A stretch of 62,675 bases of DNA, filler included, from a bacterium (GTDB taxonomy: Bacteria; UBP18; UBA7526), in NCBI GenBank assembly GCA_030615855.1. It is 5 parts of 5 records of this genome, joined end to end, with 100 filler letters (N's around TTAATTAATTAA, not from the genome) between each part and the next. Parts side by side here need not be neighbours in the genome. Positions count along the whole stretch, not along the records: positions 43,954 to 59,678 come from JAUWYL010000025.1; positions 59,779 to 62,675 come from JAUWYL010000002.1; 3 more parts are not named here. One strand, 5' to 3'. The notes below the pieces were generated by a model. It saw nothing but the letters and a program-made list of their open reading frames with translations. It searched no databases and was not told the DNA's origin. The translations under genes were made by a program, and so were the position numbers. Of the stretch, positions 58,464 to 62,675 are shown in pieces (position 1 is the first letter of the stretch; each line of letters starts with the position of its first letter).

Positions 58464-59399
58464 TTACTCCATAAATACTATCTTGCTGCCTAAAGTGACC
58501 TTGAAAATAGAAGGGGTGATAGAGACTACCTCGATCTTGGGGGGCACAGTAACCTCTGGCTTCAGTTTGTAGGTGCCCCGAGAGAGGTCACTGACATCTA
58601 TGGCTACCGTGACATCCGTAGCCTTCAGGGTTGCCATCGCCTCCTGGGGCCCCCTTAAGAGAATGGTTGCTTCCTTCTCTTTTAGTCGGGCCTCAAGGAG
58701 TGAGGAAGGGGGTTGCATAATCTTGACCGGAATATCCTTGAATCTCTTCTCTACCAATTCCCGGACTAGATCTATCGATACCTGAATGGGCACCTCTCCT
58801 ATGATCTTTAAGTCCCTCTCTGCCAGATCTGCCTTCACTACCCGAGCAATATTGCTTGAGATACCACTTACATCTATGGGGGTAGTCGGTATTCCTGGCA
58901 AGGCCTTTAGTCTGCTCTCCGGTCCACGAACCTTGAGACTCTTCGGACTAGAGGTAGCCTTCCCTATTCCATAGCCCGGAGCCGGCTTCCCCAGAATAGT
59001 AGGTCTTATCTCAATCTCCTTGGTAACCAAAGGCTCTAGATTGACCGAGACTACCCTCGGTGTTATCTTGACCACCCTCACCCCTTCGGGACATTTTATC
59101 TTGAAGTCCTCTAGGGGATAAAAGAACTGGCCCTTCTCCTTTCCTTTGAGATCGAGGTAGACCTTGATCTGCTTTCTCTCCAGCCCCAGAATGATGTTGC
59201 GTGGACCCTGGAGGCTTACTGAGATTGTCTCTGGGGTTATGCTAGGAGCGAGGTTGCCAGGAACGTTATAGAAATCAAGCGGCACATCACCGAAAGAGAT
59301 GGGCTCTCCTTGCTGGCCCAGGACATAGAAGAATAAGGCCAAGGCACAGGCCAAAGAGGCCAATTTAATCCCCAGATTATGACGAAACCAATTCTTCAT
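58464..59399 (-). CDS. cdaR: CdaR/YbbR family protein
   Basis: N-terminal TM helix and repeated P..V.V.GP YbbR domains; lies between cdaA and glmM. Confidence 0.9.
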   Translation of the reverse strand: MKNWFRHNLGIKLASLACALALFFYVLGQQGEPISFGDVPLDFYNVPGNLAPSITPETISVSLQGPRNIILGLERKQIKVYLDLKGKEKGQFFYPLEDFKIKCPEGVRVVKITPRVVSVNLEPLVTKEIEIRPTILGKPAPGYGIGKATSSPKSLKVRGPESRLKALPGIPTTPIDVSGISSNIARVVKADLAERDLKIIGEVPIQVSIDLVRELVEKRFKDIPVKIMQPPSSLLEARLKEKEATILLRGPQEAMATLKATDVTVAIDVSDLSRGTYKLKPEVTVPPKIEVVSITPSIFKVTLGSKIVFME

Positions 59400-59534
59400 C
59401 CCGCCCCTCCCTGTGTAATTTCACCCTCGCCCCTCTTTGAGGGGCGGGGTTCACAAAATTGACTTATAGAAAGTATAAAAATTACCCGCTGATAAGTTCT
59501 ATTGAGCAACATTTTAATAAAAAGAGGGGCGGGA
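59400..59534. mobile_element. Miniature element CCCGCCCCTC...GAGGGGCGGGA between cdaA and cdaR, with a nested copy at 59425-59449
   Basis: Outer flanks TTCAT/CTCAT; inner flanks TTCAC/TTCAC. Confidence 0.65.
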
Positions 59535-59535
59535 C

Positions 59536-59678
59536 TCATCCCTCTTCTCCTTTGGGAAGGGGCCGAAGTAAGAGATTCTGCAGTGTCTTGGATAGGGTAG
59601 TTTCATCCAGATCCCTGGTTAGCCTTCCCCCAACCGCCAGAGATATCTTCCCCGTCTCTTCAGAGACAACGATCACTA
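59536..59678 (-). other. cdaA: 3' end of cdaA; 59538-59678 is an exact 141-bp assembly overlap with 39536-39676
   Basis: Identical sequence at both contig ends; TGA stop at 59536-59538. Confidence 0.93.
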
Positions 59679-59778
59679 NNNNNNNNNNNNNNNNNNNNNN
59701 NNNNNNNNNNNNNNNNNNNNNNTTAATTAATTAANNNNNNNNNNNNNNNNNNNNNNNNNNNNNNNNNNNNNNNNNNNN
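59679..59778. other. Artificial contig spacer
   Basis: N-TTAATTAATTAA-N linker. Confidence 0.98.
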
Positions 59779-60353
59779 TTACCGTCAGGAACAGTGATCT
59801 GTTCCGCCGCTTTCTCGGTCTTTACTCCTCTCTTCTTCCTCTCCGTCACCATCACCTCAGAGCTGTTCCAGATAAGATCAACGTGGTAGCAACATAATTT
59901 ATCAATTCTATGATAAATCCAGTTAAGAGCCGGGTTAGCAAATCGGCGGGGAGTATAATCTACAGTATAGTAAACAACTCTTTTGGTTATTCTGAGACTG
60001 CGCAATACAAGAGTACTTAATGCATTAAGGTTATCGAAGGCCAGGCAAAAATCAAATTTCTCTCCAAGTTTTAAAGCAAAAAAGATAGTGAAAAAGAAAT
60101 CTTTAAGATAATAAAGAATGTCTGGGCCAACGATCTTGGGTGCTAAAATTGTTTTACTAGGTTTACCTTTTTTATATATAGTAAGCGACGAGCGCTTCTT
60201 TCTAGCATAAGAAAATGGGTGATCAATAAAAACCAAGAGAGAGACTTTATTCTTAAGGAATGCTACAAATTCTTGAGAAGGCCCAGTAGCATAGGAATGA
60301 GTAATAATCAAAGCCTTTAAACTCTTTAGATTAAGTTTATTCTTTTTCGTCAT
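59779..60353 (-). CDS. Glycosyltransferase (GT4-like) N-terminal part, truncated
   Basis: YYTVDY.P.RF and D..WNSS...TVP.G pattern; glycan-locus context. Confidence 0.65.
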
Positions 60354-60362
60354 AAGAAATGC

Positions 60363-61121
60363 CTAAGAAGTTTCATTAGCTTTAATGCCCTTGATAAAAT
60401 TGAAAGCAGCAAAATTTCCTAAAAACCGATTTTTGGCGATAAAGAAGTTTATTTTCAGAACAAAAGGAAGGTAGTTTATTAGTCGCGCTGGTAAAAAGCC
60501 ATACCTCTTAACCTGAATATTGGTTAAGCCAACCTCAGAAAAAATTTTTCTTAAGTTCCCAATGGTACTTTTAACAAAATGCTTCTCTATTTTCCACTCC
60601 GCCTCAGGAGAAAACCAATAATAAGGATAAAAGAAAGGGTTTAGAGGATTGGGTTCGAGCACTACTACCTTTCCTCCTTTTTTTACTGCCCTAACCAAGT
60701 TTTTTAAAATTTCGATTCTCACCTTCTCTTTGTCTGAAAGAAGGTGAAAAGTGCTAATACAGTATGCTCCGTCAAAAACATTCTCAAAAACAGTTTGATA
60801 AAAGTCGTTCTCTAAAATTTTAAGATTTTTTTTCAAACCAATTTTTTGGGCATTTTTTGTTAAAATTCTCAAGGCCTCTTTGGCTATATCAACCCCGGTA
60901 ATTTTATAACCCAATTTTAAAAGGGGAATCGCGTATCTACCGCTTCCACAACCTAAGTCAATAAGAAATGAGCCAGGAGGAAGATCAAGAAATTTAAGAA
61001 AAGTCTGGAACTCTAAGGCATCACCAGGGGGTTTATTTAAAAAATCTGCGTCTTTATATTTTTTAGCGAAACTTTCAAAAAAATATTTCTTTTTTTGGTC
61101 AAATCGCTCTGTTCTATTCAT
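60363..61121 (-). CDS. Class I SAM-dependent methyltransferase
   Basis: IDLGCGSG, GVD and KKGG...EPN motifs. Confidence 0.9.
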   Translation of the reverse strand: MNRTERFDQKKKYFFESFAKKYKDADFLNKPPGDALEFQTFLKFLDLPPGSFLIDLGCGSGRYAIPLLKLGYKITGVDIAKEALRILTKNAQKIGLKKNLKILENDFYQTVFENVFDGAYCISTFHLLSDKEKVRIEILKNLVRAVKKGGKVVVLEPNPLNPFFYPYYWFSPEAEWKIEKHFVKSTIGNLRKIFSEVGLTNIQVKRYGFLPARLINYLPFVLKINFFIAKNRFLGNFAAFNFIKGIKANETS

Positions 61122-61126
61122 ATTAG

Positions 61127-62554
61127 CTAAGAAAAACTCGCTCTTGACCGGGCAGAAGTAATAATACTTAATACTTCAGCAACGTCTCTTTTCAGCTTGG
61201 CCCAAGAAGTGATGTCTTTCTTAATCCTTCTTTTTATATAGTAGGGAGTAAAGTAAAAAGCTTTATAGCCCCCTCTTCTCATTTTATCCATTTCTTCCCT
61301 TGTTGTTCCATCCGATATATAAACTGGCCAATGATCACGAAAACTGTCACCTAATTTCCCTGTAATGTATTGATCTATAATATCTTCAGGAATTTTCTTT
61401 TCCTTAACTGCTCGCGTAAATAACTCCGCTCCCGGCAAAGGAACTGGTAGCATTATGGCAATATATTCTAGACACCTTATTCCCGTGTCAATTAATTTTC
61501 TACCAAACATAACTGTCTTTTCCTTTTCTTTCTTCGTTTCTGTAGGAAAACCTATAATAAATGCCAGTTGAATATTTAAAAAAGGATACCTATTACAAAG
61601 GTTTAAAGCCTGGTAAATTTGACTATCCTTGATTCCCTTGTGGACAATTGAATTTCTTACCCTTTCGCTTCCGCTTTCAATGCCAAAGCAAAAACCGGTA
61701 CAACCAGCCTTAACCATTAACTCCAGTAATTGCTCATCAATCTGATCCGCTCTTACCCCGCCAGCTGACCAGCGAACCTTTAACCTACGCCTGAGAACCT
61801 CTTGGCAAAGATCAATTACCGCGCCGCGATTAATGGTAAAAGAATCATCCCAAAAGTCAAAGGGGCCCCCATATTTATCCAAAATAGTTTCCATTTCATC
61901 AACAATATTTTTTCCGCTCCTCGAGCGAACTAATCTTCCAAATCCCCCCATTCCGGGCCGACTGCAAAAAATGCATCTGTAGGGGCAACCACGGGTTCCC
62001 AATATGGGAAAGCCGGTCATCCCTCGTTTTTTGTACTTCTCCATATCCACTAAGTGATAGGCTGGGAAAGGAATAGTATCTAAATTCTTAACCGGCTCAC
62101 CAATAAAAAGACCTTTGACTTTTTGTCCCTGGAGTATCTTTTTTACTATTACTGGAAAGATTTTTTCTCCCTCACCAATAACCCCAAAATCAAATACCGG
62201 ATATCTTTCTATTAAGCCAGGATCAGCAGAAATATGGCAACCTCCAATGCCTATCCTAATATCTTTACCAAACCTTTCTCTTACAGCTCGGGCTATCTCA
62301 ACGGCACTTTTAATCTGGCAGGTTGTCGAAGAAATACCGATAATCTTAGGCTCTTCTTTTTTAATCACCTTGAGAATCTCTTTTAAAGAAAGCGAAGCAT
62401 CCAGGTCATCTAATATTTCTACCCTAATCCTTTCTCTTTCTAAGACAGCCGCTAAATATAGAATGCCCAAGGGAGGAACATTGTCGTAACCCCCGGCAAT
62501 GACTGTATTAAAAGATGTTGGTGGATGAATTAAAAGGACATCATTTTTTGCCAT
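61127..62554 (-). CDS. Cobalamin-binding radical SAM protein
   Basis: PPLGILYLAA, GGCH, GEGE, RGCPYRCIFC and GIESG motifs; ATG 62554 preferred as start. Confidence 0.92.
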   Translation of the reverse strand: MAKNDVLLIHPPTSFNTVIAGGYDNVPPLGILYLAAVLERERIRVEILDDLDASLSLKEILKVIKKEEPKIIGISSTTCQIKSAVEIARAVRERFGKDIRIGIGGCHISADPGLIERYPVFDFGVIGEGEKIFPVIVKKILQGQKVKGLFIGEPVKNLDTIPFPAYHLVDMEKYKKRGMTGFPILGTRGCPYRCIFCSRPGMGGFGRLVRSRSGKNIVDEMETILDKYGGPFDFWDDSFTINRGAVIDLCQEVLRRRLKVRWSAGGVRADQIDEQLLELMVKAGCTGFCFGIESGSERVRNSIVHKGIKDSQIYQALNLCNRYPFLNIQLAFIIGFPTETKKEKEKTVMFGRKLIDTGIRCLEYIAIMLPVPLPGAELFTRAVKEKKIPEDIIDQYITGKLGDSFRDHWPVYISDGTTREEMDKMRRGGYKAFYFTPYYIKRRIKKDITSWAKLKRDVAEVLSIITSARSRASFS

Positions 62555-62675
62555 ATTTTTTATACCACTCAATCGTCTCTTTCAATCCTTCTTCTAATGA
62601 ATAATTTGGTTTAAATCCTAATAATTTTTTAGATTTTGCGATATCAACTAACCGCTGGGGTTGTCCCTTTGGTTT
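62541..62675 (-). CDS. C-terminus of an NAD-dependent epimerase/dehydratase, 5' truncated
   Basis: Manual translation: KPKGQPQRLVDIAKSKKLLGFKPNYSLEEGLKETIEWY. Confidence 0.8.
   Translation of the reverse strand, partial: KPKGQPQRLVDIAKSKKLLGFKPNYSLEEGLKETIEWYKKYGKK

Noticed and set aside
59536-59678. Apparent duplicated or pseudogene fragment of cdaA
   Set aside because: Exact 141-bp assembly overlap with the start of contig 3.
1-62675. Transposase, integrase, reverse transcriptase, tRNA or rRNA genes
   Set aside because: No ORF or structure with such motifs was recognised; any mobiliser of the repeats must lie outside the window.

Overview
The window is five metagenomic contigs joined by 100-bp N/TTAATTAATTAA spacers: 1-9694, 9795-39435, 39536-43853, 43954-59678 and 59779-62675. 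They come from an anaerobic diderm bacterium, probably a candidate-phylum MAG (taxonomy cannot be fixed from sequence alone). Contigs 1, 3 and 4 are housekeeping. Contig 1 carries rarA-ygfA-rny-ymdB-folD-dxs-tlyA-nadK-vor. Contigs 3 and 4 overlap by 141 bp and together give ftsH-folE-folP-cdaA-cdaR-glmM-pdxJ-yvcK-nagB-acpS-nnr-CBS-TPR-tsaE-tsaB-rimI-ilvD-ilvB-ilvN. Contig 2 is a ~30 kb, almost entirely co-directional cluster that looks like an anaerobic lipid-tailoring and export pathway. It encodes five cobalamin-dependent radical SAM enzymes, two CrtI-like FAD enzymes, a third FAD oxidoreductase, a U32-family protein, a thioesterase, an LpxL-type acyltransferase, a C45 Ntn-hydrolase, two LolA-like proteins, an MMPL exporter, three flavodoxin-type proteins and a PadR regulator, but no KS or ACP. 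Contig 5 is a more AT-rich glycan-modification fragment. The second striking feature is that most longer spacers of contigs 1-4, and several coding regions, contain nested modular palindromic repeats. These include 7-9-mer arrays, miniature CCCG...CGGGG elements with 5-bp duplications, and dispersed 57-155 bp elements. Empty and filled sites can be compared directly, in-frame insertions occur in conserved enzymes, and one repeat appears to supply the RBS and start codon of glmM. No transposase, tRNA, rRNA or CRISPR array was seen.
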